Shown here piece after piece: positions 1-12,034 of a stretch of DNA of 64,000 nucleotides; positions within the stretch are counted from its first letter, which is position 1, and each line of letters opens with the position of its first letter. Where the stretch lies: NCBI GenBank assembly GCA_035221665.1, contig CM069140.1:42098001-42162000 (forward strand), written 5' to 3'. The position numbers and the translations under genes were made by a program. The notes beneath the pieces are model-generated. The model was not told the DNA's origin. It ran no database searches and saw only the letters and a program-made list of their open reading frames with translations. Origin of the DNA: Okamejei kenojei. Taxonomy: Eukaryota.

Positions 1-17
1 TCTTTCTCCCTGGCGCT

Positions 18-93
18 CAGTCTCAAGCAGGGTCTCGATCAGCATGTTGTGGCCATCTTTGGTGTAAACCAGCATCTGCAGTTCCTTCCTACA
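18..93 (+). mobile_element. Internally deleted copy of the Penelope-derived short repeat (hammerhead-like family)
   Basis: cagtctcaagcagggtctcgatc joined to aaaccagcatctgcagttccttcctaca; these match the two ends of the family seen at 36755-36881 and 60412-60506. Confidence 0.6.
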
Positions 94-199
94 TACTATC
101 TTCATTAGTTCCTCAACATATTATTTCTCAATATTATAAGAGTACCATTTTCTATGCCATTTGATTATGTCCTCCACACCTTGACTGGTGATTTGTTTT

Positions 200-620
200 G
201 TATGTTAAATCCACCTTGATAATGTTTTAAACCTTACTACATAGACTTTTAAAGTCTAGATTAATACTATGTCCATTATCACTAACCATCTATGTTTTGA
301 AGTTTGCACACAACTTCCACCAATATTTTGTATCTATTGCTGTTTCGTAGCTCCATCTAAACTAATTTTACTCTGAGCTACGATCCTTTTGCTCTGTTGC
401 TTCTATCTTATTCTTTAATATTAGCGCTACAACTCCTTCTTTTCCATTTTATTTATATTTTCTAAATGTTAAGTATATTGAGATATTTATTTCCTAACCT
501 TGTTCAATTTATAACCAAGTTTCTGTGATGGGCTATTAGATTTTATAGATTTATTTCCGTTTGTAACACTTATTCACCTACCTTACTGTGAATGCTGCAT
601 GAATTCAATTAAAGAGCTTT
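200..620 (-). mobile_element. Highly degraded CR1-type LINE ORF2 N-terminus (APE endonuclease)
   Basis: Minus-strand translation with stops and frameshifts gives LNSCSIHSKVGE...LI(A)ITETWL, resembling the CR1 endonuclease start NARSIRNKVDEL...IAITETWL. Confidence 0.55.
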
Positions 621-3600
621 CCATATAATTTGATTCCCTGTTTTGATTCCAATTGGAGGTATATTCTTATGTTTGAATGCATCGTCATTTCTTAAGATAA
701 TCGTTTTTTTCATTTGCTACTTGCACATTGTTCTTTCTCTTTAAATTTCTCTACTTCCCCTTGCCTGAACTTACCCCACGTTAAATAATTGTGGATTGAA
801 GGTCTGGACCTGAGATATTTGTTTTTGATTGTGAAAGTGGGAACACAGATAGCATGGGAAAACTTTGAGAGAATAGGATGCTTCAAGCATATTAGTTTAT
901 TGATGATATTGAAATAAATTGAAATAAATAATAAGTCAATATTCCTGAATTTGATACAGATGGGTGAAGAGACATGCATGGCTATCAACAGGTGATTCCT
1001 TTCAAAACTGAAATAGTTATATGAAAGCACTAGGGCACCATGGAGAGGGGCTAGCATGTGTAGGTCTAAATGCCGGTGATAAAAACATGACATGAGTATT
1101 TTTTCATTATGTAAGAAATATTGGGATACAAAAGAATACATTAACAATTAAACATGAATAACAAATATGTGGCAAAAGAGTGGAAAGTAGAATAAAAAAA
1201 GAACGAGGACTTGAAATAGTTGAAAAACAAGAGCTAGATGTAAATAGATGATCATCAAGTCATCCCATGAACTATCGAGAGAAGATAGTTGGTAAGTGTA
1301 AAATTTGTAATTGTACAAAAATGTATTTGTTTAAAATAATTTTCACCCACGTGAAATTAGTTTGGAATCACCGTGTATAATGTTAGTAATTTTTGTCTTA
1401 ATTGCATGTTGGTAGCAATTTCTGGACCTGGCTTTCCCCCAATGCCAACTCAACCCCCGTGCAGTCTCAGTATTGTGAGATAGCTTTTTAGACATTCAGG
1501 ACAGGAGCAGAAATGTCTGAATGTGAAAACTGAACTCAATGCCTTTTGTCCCTGGCACAATTTCTATGGCCAATTCACTGAATCTGTCTCTCTTCTTTGC
1601 CACGTGCTTGCAATCTTGATACTCTATTTGAATCTGATATTCTAACAATATGTCTCTGCTATCACCAACACTTTCTACTTTAGCAACATCTTATTCTGCC
1701 TCTTTTCAGTCCCTTCTGCCTTTGTTATTGTTACACAAATTTTACAATTCCACTTCCAGTAAGCTTCCCATCTTACATGCTTCAAAACTCTTGCAAATCT
1801 CTTCGGATTATACCCTAACCTGCATGTTTTCATTCATTTTCAACCTGTGCTCACTAACTTGGCTCACCAGAAGAACCATGTCTCAGTTATATCTGGATAA
1901 AGTCTGATACCTTTTCACTTTCCCCTCCCATTTTCCGTAAATAACCTACCCTACTCCCCCCCCCCCCTCCACTGGTCCTATGATCTTTGCAAAACATATG
2001 CTCCCCCATTACAGCTAGTACCATATACTCATATATTATATTAAAATAGTATTATTTACAGAATATTTACATACAATAGGTACTTGTATTTATTAATTAA
2101 TTTATGGCTTCAATTTTGAATAATTATGATGTTAACTGTACCAAATGCATGATCTTAAACTCTGACTTTATCAACTTCAATGAAACCAAATGTTGAGAGG
2201 GGAGAGCAGTAAATGGCCATGACAACAGTGCTTATTTATCATGAGGCAAATTTCCATACATAGGTCAAAACATTTAAATGATTCATTTTTCTTTCAACAC
2301 TCTGTATCTGAAAATCAAATGCAACCAATTCCGAGCTGAAATGCACCACTTCACAAATCTAGCAGGAGACTTCCAGTTGTGATGCACCCTTCACCACTGA
2401 TGCGATTTCCGTTTCTATTGCACATGGTACAATTCCATTTGCTATGCCCAACTACTTATAGGGCATTGTGGGTTAACAAAGATTAAGATTTTCTCATGGC
2501 TGCACTTTCCCAGGACATTTGTATCTTCCGAGCTAAACTGAAATGTCCCTCACTTTGATAATTCATACACTCTTGCCCTCATCCACTTTCTCCACCAGCC
2601 TCTAACATATACACACATAACCAATTATGGACGATTGAACCCCATTGGTAATCTCCAAAACACCATTTTAGATTAATTGCCTGTGAAGGAGATTCCAAAC
2701 CCTACCCTTCAGTCCCAGAATCTACTCACTCCTCCCGAAAGCCTGTTCCGCCCATTGTGTGACTTGCCTAACATAGACCTGATGGCAAGTCATGGCCGTT
2801 AGTCTACAGTTGTCGGTGTTTATTTCCCTCTCAAAACTTCCTCTTCTGGTATTTGTCTCTAGTCCCAGATACCACATAGACATCTGATCACTGGGACTGT
2901 TTCTGGAAATGGTGAAACCTGCACAAACTCGATGGATTGCACCCAACCAGAACAGCTACAACATCTTTGTGGGGTGGGGGTGGGGTTGAATTTGCTGGTT
3001 CTTTTGGCAGAAGAATAGGACACGGAATAGCACCACATTAGAGAGTGAGGAACGGCTAAATATAGAAGGAAACTCAGTCCAGAAGTCAGACCATACGTTC
3101 ACTTGATAAGGCACATGGAAGGAATGCAAGGCTGAATTTCATCTATTTTAATGCAAGAAAATCTGTCAAGTAAAGCAAATGAATGGAGGGCGTTGATTTA
3201 TACATTGGAATATGATATTCTTGCTATAATAGATACTTGTTTGACAGTTCTATAGGACTGGCAACTCAAGATTCTCAGGTATTGAATTTACAAGTGTGAT
3301 TGGAAAGGGAAATGTGAAAGAGCAGGTAGCACTGTAACATAAATTAAGATGCCCATTAGTGCAGTAGAGAAGGGGAATATCCCAAAAGATTCTTCAAACG
3401 AGGCCATGCCTCCAAAATCCTGTTTCTTTCTGAGTAATGCTCACCTCCCTCATTTAACAAAATATTCACAGCCTTCCATTTTGGAGTACAAAATTACAAA
3501 ACAGTATTATTTGTATTGGAAATATTGTAAACTGGATTTTGTAATTATTACATTTCAAATTTTTGAATTGTTAACTTGGAACTGTTTACTTTCATGCCTT

Positions 3601-3986
3601 TCAATGGTTTATTATTATAAATGTGATTAGTTCTTTCAGCAAGAGATTTCGGAAAACTGTACTCTAGGTGAAAATGGCTTTGCATGGTATGCAACAAGGC
3701 TTCAATAAAGCTTTGTCTTAATAATCATTACTGAATGAAGCCTTGGGGTCCTTGGGATCCACGTGTATGAATGGGCAGGTTGAATATTTCATCCAAAAGC
3801 TGGGATCTCTACCAGTGATGAGTTGAAGTAGTAGCCTGTTTAATCCTCAGGAGTGGATCCTAACCATTATACATTTGTCATTGGTTGCATGTGCAAAACA
3901 TATTGATTAGGTTTACCACATGTTAATTGCATATTGAATTCCCGTCAAAATTTGATTCTTCTAAAGTCAGTAGAATACCCTCTTTG

Positions 3987-4118
3987 TAGAAACAAGGAAC
4001 CATAGATGTTGATTTTCCAAGGAAAGACACAAAATGCTGGAGTAACTCAGCAGGTTAGGCAGCATCCCTGGAGAACATGGATAGATGACATTTCAGGTCT
4101 GGACCTTTCTTCAGACCC
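3987..4118 (-). mobile_element. Penelope-derived short element (hammerhead-like family) with 15-bp TSD
   Basis: Perfect direct repeat AGAATACCCTCTTTG at 3972-3986 and 4119-4133; body gacacaaaatgctggagtaactcagc...cttcagac matches the 3' end of the PLE fragment at 59088-59180. Confidence 0.85.
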
Positions 4119-4142
4119 AGAATACCCTCTTTGGTTTGGTTG

Positions 4143-5540
4143 ATAGAAACATAGAAACATAGAAATTAGGTGCAGGAGTAGGCCATTCAGCCCTTCGAGC
4201 CTGCACCGCCATTCAATATGATCATGGCTGATCATCCAACTCAGTATCCCGTACCTGCCTTCTCTCCATACCCTCTGATCCCCTTAGCCACAAGGGCCAC
4301 ATCCAACTCACTCTTAAATATAGCCAATGAACTGGCCTCAACTACCCTCTGTGGCAGAGAGTTCCAGAGACTCACCACTCTCTGTGTGAAGAAAGTCTTT
4401 CTCATCTCGGTCTTAAAGGATTTCCCCCTTATCCTTAAGCTGTGACCCCTTGTCCTGGACTTCCCCAACATCGGGAACAATCTACCTGCATCTAGCCTGT
4501 CCAACCCCTTAAGAATTTTGTAAGTTTCTATAAGATCCCCTCTTAATCTCCTAAATTCCAGAGAGTATAAACCGAGTCTATCCAGTCTTTCTTCATAAGA
4601 CAGTCCTGACATCCCAGGAATCAGTCTGGTGAACCTTCTCTGCACTCCCTCTATGGCAATAATGTCCTTCCTCAGATTTGGAGACCAAAACTGCACGCAA
4701 TACTCCAGGTGTGGTCTCACCAAGACCCTGTACAACTGAAGTAGAACCTCCCTGCTCCTGTACTCAAATCCTTTTGCTATGAAAGCTAACATACCATTAG
4801 CTTTTTTCACTGCCTGCTGCACCTGCATGCCTACTTTCAATGACTGGTGTACCATGACACCCAGGTCTCGCTGCATCTCCCCTTTTCCTAATCGGCCACC
4901 ATTTAAATAATAGTCTGCTTTCCTGTTTTTGCCACCAAAGTGGATAACCTCACATTTATCCACATTATACTGCATCTGCCAAACATTTGCCCACTCACCC
5001 AGCCTATCCAAGTCACCTTGCAGTCTCCTAGCATCCTCCTCACAGCGAACACTGCCCCCCAGCTTAGTGTCATCCGCAAACTTGGAGATATTGCCTTCAA
5101 TTCCCTCATCCAGATCATTAATATATATTGTAAATAGCTGGGGTCCCAGCACTGAGCCCTGCGGTACCCCACTAGTTACTGCCTGCCATTGTGAAAAGGA
5201 CCCGTTTACTCCTACTCTTTGCTTCCTGTTTGCCAGCCAGTTCTCTATCCACATCAATACTGAACCCCTAATACCGTATGCTTTAAGTTTGTATACTAAT
5301 CTCTTATGTGGGACCTTGTCGAAAGCCTTCTGGAAGTCCAGATATACCACATCCACTGGTTCTCCCTTATCCACGCTACTAGTTACATCCTCGAAAAATT
5401 CCACAAGATTCGTCAGACATGATTTACCTTTTGTAAATCCATGCTGACTTTGTCCAATGATTTCACCACTTTCCAAATGTGCTGCTATCCCATCTTTAAT
5501 AACTGACTCTAGCAGTTTCCCCACTACCGATGTTAGACTA
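4143..5540 (-). mobile_element. Young 5'-truncated CR1 LINE
   Basis: Intact RT-coding frame; 3' tail (TTTCTATG)n read as atagaaacatagaaacatagaaa from 4143; 10-bp direct repeat GTTTGGTTGA at 4134-4143 and 5554-5563. Confidence 0.95.
4241..5524 (-). CDS. CR1 ORF2 C-terminal half (reverse transcriptase), 427 aa uninterrupted, 5'-truncated and lacking the endonuclease; not a host gene
   Basis: RT motifs QHGFTKGKSCLTNL, YLDFQKAFDKVPH, GVPQGSVLGPQLF, SKFADDTK; CR1 C-terminus RPHLEYCVQFWSP, RRLRGDLIETYKI. Confidence 0.9.
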   Translation of the reverse strand: MGKLLESVIKDGIAAHLESGEIIGQSQHGFTKGKSCLTNLVEFFEDVTSSVDKGEPVDVVYLDFQKAFDKVPHKRLVYKLKAYGIRGSVLMWIENWLANRKQRVGVNGSFSQWQAVTSGVPQGSVLGPQLFTIYINDLDEGIEGNISKFADDTKLGGSVRCEEDARRLQGDLDRLGEWANVWQMQYNVDKCEVIHFGGKNRKADYYLNGGRLGKGEMQRDLGVMVHQSLKVGMQVQQAVKKANGMLAFIAKGFEYRSREVLLQLYRVLVRPHLEYCVQFWSPNLRKDIIAIEGVQRRFTRLIPGMSGLSYEERLDRLGLYSLEFRRLRGDLIETYKILKGLDRLDAGRLFPMLGKSRTRGHSLRIRGKSFKTEMRKTFFTQRVVSLWNSLPQRVVEASSLAIFKSELDVALVAKGIRGYGEKAGTGY

Positions 5541-8500
5541 GTTGGTTGAGAGAGTTTGGTTGAGAGAGTGTTACCATGAGAGCACCCGGGTAAATTACCT
5601 CGGTTATTTAGTTAAAAAAAAAGTGAAGCCGTGGTTAATGCTATGTTAAGGTCTTTGTTCTGTGATTAGTCATATTCAGGTTGCAGATAACCTTGGAATG
5701 TATCTGTAGGTTTCTATTTCTAAGGGGATGCAACAACTTATTTTCAAATCATGTTCGCTAGGCAGCACTTGCATAGCACCTGATTGTTTTTAAAATATGT
5801 TTACATATACCAGAAAAGCAGCTGATGCATAGATGCCAAATATAATTTCAAATAGGAAATGTTGGCTGGATTTAGAATAAAACTTCCAGCTCACGCTGAT
5901 GAATAAAATTGTTTACATGCCATCATATCTCATGCCTTTATGTTTTGAAGCAAATAGGACATATGGTGGCCTTCTGTTGTACAGTTTCATTCTTGTGCAT
6001 TTCCATTTTGCTTTTGAGTTTAATAATTAATTATATTTTTGCATATTTTTTTCAAGATATTTGAAAAACAATTTTCTGTTACCCCTTTATTGACAAATTG
6101 TGGCAATATATCATGTATGGGGATATTTCAATGTAAAAATAGAACAGTCCCTTCTTAAGCTGCCTAGAACAAAAGAGACACAATAGTTATAAATATTTCA
6201 AAATTGTTGACGAGCTATTTGGACAGAAAATAAAAGGAACTGAACACATTACACTGGACAGCTGCAGCAGTCTGTGGGGAAAGTTGGTACAGATGGTAGA
6301 AAAAGTGGTAAAATAAAGTGCCTTATGGCTGCTGAATACAAAAAAGAGAGCGAGTTTCATTGGTCGGACGTAAGAAATTTGTTCCCCTGGGAGAGTTTCA
6401 ATACTCGTTGGGCCAAATTAAGGAAAATATTGCAAAAGATGGCAGTCGTGTTGATTTATTTTTTATAAAAGAACACTGGAGATTAATTAGTTAATATTTA
6501 TTCATTAAAATCCAAGACAATGATAATAGTTTCCTAATGAGGATTATAATAATAATTTTCACATTATTGTTTTTACATGTGTTTATGTGTTAGAGAAAGG
6601 GAGAAAAGTAGAGATGATACTAATGCAGCACCTACTTTATTTTATGTGGATTATGTAATAGCACAGTTTAGGTCCCGTACTGTTTACACAGTCCTGCAGA
6701 AAAGCATATCTCTTATTTTCTCTTTCATTGAACTAAGTTTCAGACTAGGTCATCTTAATAATCAGATTTAGGTGCTATACATTTATTTATTTGGAATAGT
6801 AATCAATTATCTTTAATGTGTTCTCCATTTAAGCTAAAGGTACCATGGGAATTTCTTGTAAACTTTGCATTGTTTTTTTTAAATAATAGGGCTTCACATC
6901 TAAAGCTTGCTCTTGCTTCCTCTTTTTCCTCAGATTCTTCAACTGTAGCCTTTTCAGCCAACGTGGTATTCCATTCTAATTTGTGAATGAACCAAAATTG
7001 CATTCATAGGTGTGCATATTTTATCCTCCTGCTGTTCTGAAATCACCCAGCTCATTTGCCCTGGCTTGAAATTGGAACTGAGTATTGCTGACCAGAGCCT
7101 AAACACAGTTATTCGTTAGTTGAGCCAAGTGCCAGAAAGAGTTATGGATCCAGAACTCAAGGGTTCAATAGAACGGATGGTGCATCAGTGTCTTAATGAC
7201 TAATGTGAGGTGAAGGTAGGCCTACTTTACTTGCCAGTACATCAATTTATATTTACCAGACAGTCGGGAAAGAATCTGAAAACATAATATCAATTCTGCT
7301 CAATGAAGGGAAATACTTACAGAAAAAAAGGAAAATCCTGGAAGAGTGAATAAGTTTAGAATTGATAAGGTTTTTCCCGCACCCATCCTCAGCAGTAATT
7401 GAAGTAACTTCCCAAGAACACTGGGACAATCAGGGAAATCACAAAAATAAAACAGATGGGGAAAAAAATGAAGAGTCAATTACACTTTGGAGCAAATATA
7501 CTAGTCAAAAGAGATGGTGTTTCTGTTATGATTATTTTACAGTGCTGTAGAATACGTTAACTATTATTATTCTGTTCATACTTCCTGATAGTTGTGATTT
7601 AAAGTAGTTCATTATATTTTGTGTAAGAAAAGATTGTGTATTATACTGTGTGTACCTGACGTGAAATTATGCTATTTGTTCTTGACTCCCACTACAATTA
7701 GGATAACGCTGTTAAGTATCTCTTCCAGATATTGCAAGCTAGGTAATAAATTGAGTTGAAGTGAGATTCATTCTCGAGACGTTGTTTCTATTTTTCTAAA
7801 AGGGAGTTATTGAGCAGAAATTTGTACCATGACAATTAGAATAAATAATTTAAAAGACTTAAAAATCTGCACTGTTTATACAGCAAGATGTTTTGGCACA
7901 TAAGGAAAAGATGTAAGGTAGATTGAGCAGAGGGGTGCTACCTAAATTATCCTTGCTAAGGTCACAACAGATGTAGTGTATCATGCAAGTGTTTTCTCAG
8001 CATCAATATGCTGTTCTATTGTGGGTAATGCAGTGTAATCAGATCAATACAACATTCTTTTTATCTGCAAAAAAAAAATGTCCTCAATGGGGAGTCAAAA
8101 TGCCCCTGGAGATGGGTTTTCCCAGTTGTCCACAACCCCCCCTCCCCTCTCTTTCTCACCCCCACCAATGAAAACCTTGTTAGAAATTCAAGCCCTCAGC
8201 ATAATTGCATTGGATTTTCAAAGAGGTGGCTTTGCATTGCTGGGTCTCTAGAAATGGAGAGAATACTACTGTATTTGACTGGACTAATTGGTGAATTTGT
8301 CTAGTAAAATGCTCCACATCCCACAATAGGTGAGAATTCAGTCTGTCCTTCTTTTGGTTCTAAGTGAACAATCACTTTTCTTCAGGCTAATTAAAGTGCT
8401 TGCAGATTAGTCGAGCAAAGACGAACTTGAGCCTACTTTTTATTGCAGGGATTGAGAGGAAATCTATAAACCAGCCCTGCTAGTTGCGGATAGTGGTCTG

Positions 8501-9595
8501 TATAAGAATGTAATTCATTTTGAAAATTATTAAATGTCATAAAACTTATATGTCTGTTTTTTGTGTGCTCTTAATTGGATGATTAATACTGGACTTTTTT
8601 CCCTGTGCACAGTCCCTCTTTCCAGATGGCAAATGGTAGGTCCCAACCCTCTTTGTACACAAAGAGGTCATGGTTCAAAGTCAAAGATACAGAGATACCA
8701 CAATAATCAATCATTGGAACTTGCCTGCTTGCTGTGACCAGCCAGGCAAAATTGAGTCTCTTGTTAGCAACAAAACTACAGGAGGGCTTGTGTGTTTTTC
8801 CTTGCACATTTTAAAGAGAAAGTGAGAAGGAGGATCCCCTTCTACATTTTACAGTAATAATTTATTGTTGAAAATTGTGAGGAGAACATTTGGTTTCCAT
8901 CACTATTCAGAATGGCAGTTAAAATGACATTCTTTGCAAGTCTTCAGTAGATAGCTTCTCATTTCACTCTGCGCAGCGTGCTGTTACTCTGAGCTGCTTT
9001 ACTAATTAAATTCAATTGCTATCCATTAGACTGATGGAATGAGAAGAATCTACAATGCAGCTGACTCAGTGCAGGTCTATGTGACCAGATAAAAGCTTCA
9101 CTGTACTGCTACCAATTCATTTTGATACAGCTATCGTCATGCAGTACTCTTGCCCTAGGCTTCAAAACAAAAATAGTGGCAATGCCGATACCTTTTACTC
9201 TTTATACCGCATAATTTAGTAATTCTTTGATGCATAAACCATTTATGCCCTATGCATGAAATATCTTATCATTATTAAATCTATTTTTCCACACGGGTTA
9301 TTGTAAGTGTTTTTTTTCCAGAATAACTGTTGTTGATTTTATGGTGCTGTTCACCTCATTGGAGTTCACTATGTGGTGACCTTCTCCATCGCATTCCTGT
9401 TCAAAGGTACAAATATACATGAAGACCATATAAATATAAATGAAGACCACATTTCCACACAAGAGCAGAAAATAATATCAGTGGGTGAGTGTTGGCAACT
9501 ATTGGAACTGCCCATTAGACCACTCAAGATTGATTTTGACAAAGATATGGTGAGAAATGGCCTGCCTATGGCAATGGATATTCATTAGAGCAGGA

Positions 9596-9675
9596 AGCAG
9601 TTCTGATGAAAGGTGATCAACCTGAAACACTGACCTTTCTTTTCTCACAGTTGTGATCTGGGCTGCCAAATATTG
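9596..9675 (+). mobile_element. Old PLE-derived repeat fragment with degenerate hammerhead-like core
   Basis: cagtt-CTGATGA-a-AGGT-gatca-ACCT-GAAA-cac at 9598-9630. Confidence 0.45.
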
Positions 9676-10444
9676 AAAGCTGGGTGATATTGTAAAATTA
9701 TTGCTATTACAAGAGAGTTTGGATTTAAAACCTATTTCAAGTGAACCTGTCTTGTCTCCACAAGTGCGGAATAACCTCCAGGCATACCATTAATGCCAGA
9801 AGGAAGAGGCCAGTAGGAAGGTTAATGACTTGAACTGGGATCCCAAGAGATGGCTGCAGTGCCAGGAATTTTCAGCAACCTCATGATAAGAATCTGGCCT
9901 TCAATAACAACTTTTCTCTTTACCCCTGCATTATCTGCAGGTTCCCCTTGCAATACACAAGTCCCTTGCTTCGCCTTAAGGGAATTATTCAAAAACACTT
10001 CACACTGCTTCTGTTTGCTGCACTGCAGTCTCGTATTTAGAGACCCTCATTTCCTCACCATGCAGAGTGTTTGAACTCTACTGGTGTATTTTCTAAAAAG
10101 TCTGAACCCATCTGTACACCCTTTCCCCTCTGGGGGAAGATATGGTGATTAGGGGTAAATTCATCGGCATGGTATGTGGCAATGCTGGAAACAATGGCAC
10201 AAAGGGTTTCCTTGGATTTATCCACTTTTAGATATGTACCATCTCCTAGCAATCACATATACATGATTACAAAACTTCAGAAGTCAAGCCAATCAATTAT
10301 AGAGATAGGCAGACTGGTTCTGTGTTTGCGGGGGCTGGGAGGGGGGGGTGGGGAGGGGTGGGAGCAGAGAAAGCTGGAAGAGTTGAGGGGCAGGACAAAG
10401 GCTGACAGGTAATAGGTCGATACAGCTGATGGGGCTCAGAGAAC

Positions 10445-10700
10445 AGAATTGAGCAATTTCCCTCTACTGACATTCTCCTCCACCTGGCACAGCTTGTCCT
10501 CACACCCCACAAATTCTCCTTTGATTGCTCTCACTTTCTCCAAGTTAAAAAGTGTAGTCATGGGCACTCGCAAGGGACCCAGCTATGCCTACCTTTTTGT
10601 TGGTTATATTGATCAGTTCTTGTTCCAAATGTACACTAGAACCTTACCCTAACATTTTCTCTGCTACTTTGATGACTAGAATGAGGCTGCCTCCTCAGGC
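10445..10700 (+). mobile_element. Penelope-like element RT fragment (pseudogenic)
   Basis: Frameshifted translation LAQLVLTP.KFSFD.SHFLQVK / VVMGTRKGPSYAYLFVGYIDQFLFQ resembles the PLE RT motif GVAMGTRMGPSYACLFVG that precedes RYIDD. Confidence 0.8.
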
Positions 10701-10704
10701 TGCC

Positions 10705-10880
10705 TGCATCTTTTGCAAGAGTCAGGGTGGGAGGAAGTTTAGTTCAGATAACTGTGGGAGACGATAAGTTTGTAGTCGACCACTCGATAGTCTGTCTCCT
10801 GTGTTGGAGACAGAAAAATCAGGAAAGGGGAGAGAGGTGTCGGAGAGGGTCCAAGTGAAATTGAGGGCAGTGTGTATGTT
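10705..10880 (-). mobile_element. Penelope-like RT downstream fragment, inverted relative to 10445-10700
   Basis: Minus strand reads ALNFTWTLSDTSLPFPDFSVS.TGDRLS...SHSYLN.TSSHP, the PLE RT region after the YxDD motif. Confidence 0.75.
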
Positions 10881-11129
10881 AACGTAATCAACTGGTTACA
10901 TCCTCTTTCTTGATCTCTATGCATTCATACGGGATTAATTCATCACAGCTAGTTAAGGGGCATTGGGGGAAGAGTAATCAAAATAGGACCATGAAATTAG
11001 TAAGAGAAAGAAAGTAGAACAAGCAGCAAAATGAGAAACAAAGTCCAACCATTCAGGCTATAAACGTGTAAATTGGAGAAGATTATGAGGTGAATGTGTC
11101 TCCCCTACAGACAGAGATGTAAGAAAGCA

Positions 11130-11815
11130 TACTTTTGAATAAAGAATGGCAGAGAAATTAAACAAATGAATTTTGCATCTATCCTATTAGAAGACCTTCC
11201 AGAAGTGATGGAAGACAACAGATTCAATGTAAATGCGAAGCTGAAATAAACTATTCCTTATGAAACAAAGAGTGTTTATGAGATTGAAAGATTTTTTACA
11301 AGTCCTAAGAACCTGACGACAAGCATAGCATTTTTTTTTGAAGGAAGAGGCTTTGGAGGCGATGAATATTGGTTGTCACCTTTCCTAAGGCTGATAACAA
11401 TAGAAGGAAAATACTTGAGGCTTTTCCCAAGGAAGTAGTGCTGGCCTCTGACAATAATAGGATTGTGCAAGTCCTATTATGTTCTTATGAAAGGAAAATT
11501 GTGTTTGACAATATTTTACATATTTTTAAGGTTATAATCTGCAAAATTGTGAATATGGAGTATCTTGACTTTAAGAGGTTTTCCAATAAAGTGTCACACA
11601 AGAGGTTATTATACAAAATATCCTAACTGAGAGGATAGTGAGCCTTTGGAAGACCGCTTTGCAAGAGTATAATCAAGACTGAGGTCGATAATTTTTTGTG
11701 ATCTTAAAAGTAAAGAAGATGAGATTAGTGCAGGAAAACGGTGATGAAATAAAATATAAACAATGATCTTGATGAATGGTGGAGCAGATTTGAGGGACTG
11801 AATGGCCCCATCCTT
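11130..11815 (+). mobile_element. Highly degraded, internally deleted CR1 LINE
   Basis: YLDFKRFSNKVSHKRLL resembles YLDFQKAFDKVPHKRL; CR1-like 3' end gaatggtggagcagatttgagggactgaatggcc. Confidence 0.55.
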
Positions 11816-11936
11816 GTCATGCTATGGAAACAATAACTACAATTATAACATTTAGTTCTTTATGTGCCTCTGTATTTTCCAGGATGTTTACGAAGAAACC
11901 CAAATCCAATATTACCTGTACACCAGCTATTGTAAT

Positions 11937-12034
11937 AGAAGGTAGACACAAAATACTGGAGTAACTCAGCAGGACAGGCAACATCTCTGGAGACAAGGAA
12001 TGGGTGATGTTTCAGGTCGAGACCCTTCTTCAGA
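11937..12034 (-). mobile_element. Penelope-derived short element (hammerhead-like family) lacking the terminal tail, 8-bp TSD
   Basis: ATTGTAAT at 11929-11936 and 12035-12042; minus strand reads CTGAAGAaGGGTCtcGACCtGAAAcatc. Confidence 0.85.

Noticed and set aside
770-810. Possible minus-strand micro-exon (ctcag...GGG/gtaagt)
   Set aside because: Weak acceptor, no recognisable peptide and no partner exons.
4903-5447. Overlapping ORFs of 89, 172 and 65 aa
   Set aside because: Alternative or antisense frames of the CR1 RT.
7729-7742. 14-nt ag/gt-bounded micro-exon candidate (similar one near 26669-26682)
   Set aside because: Such matches are expected by chance in 64 kb and there is no coding support.
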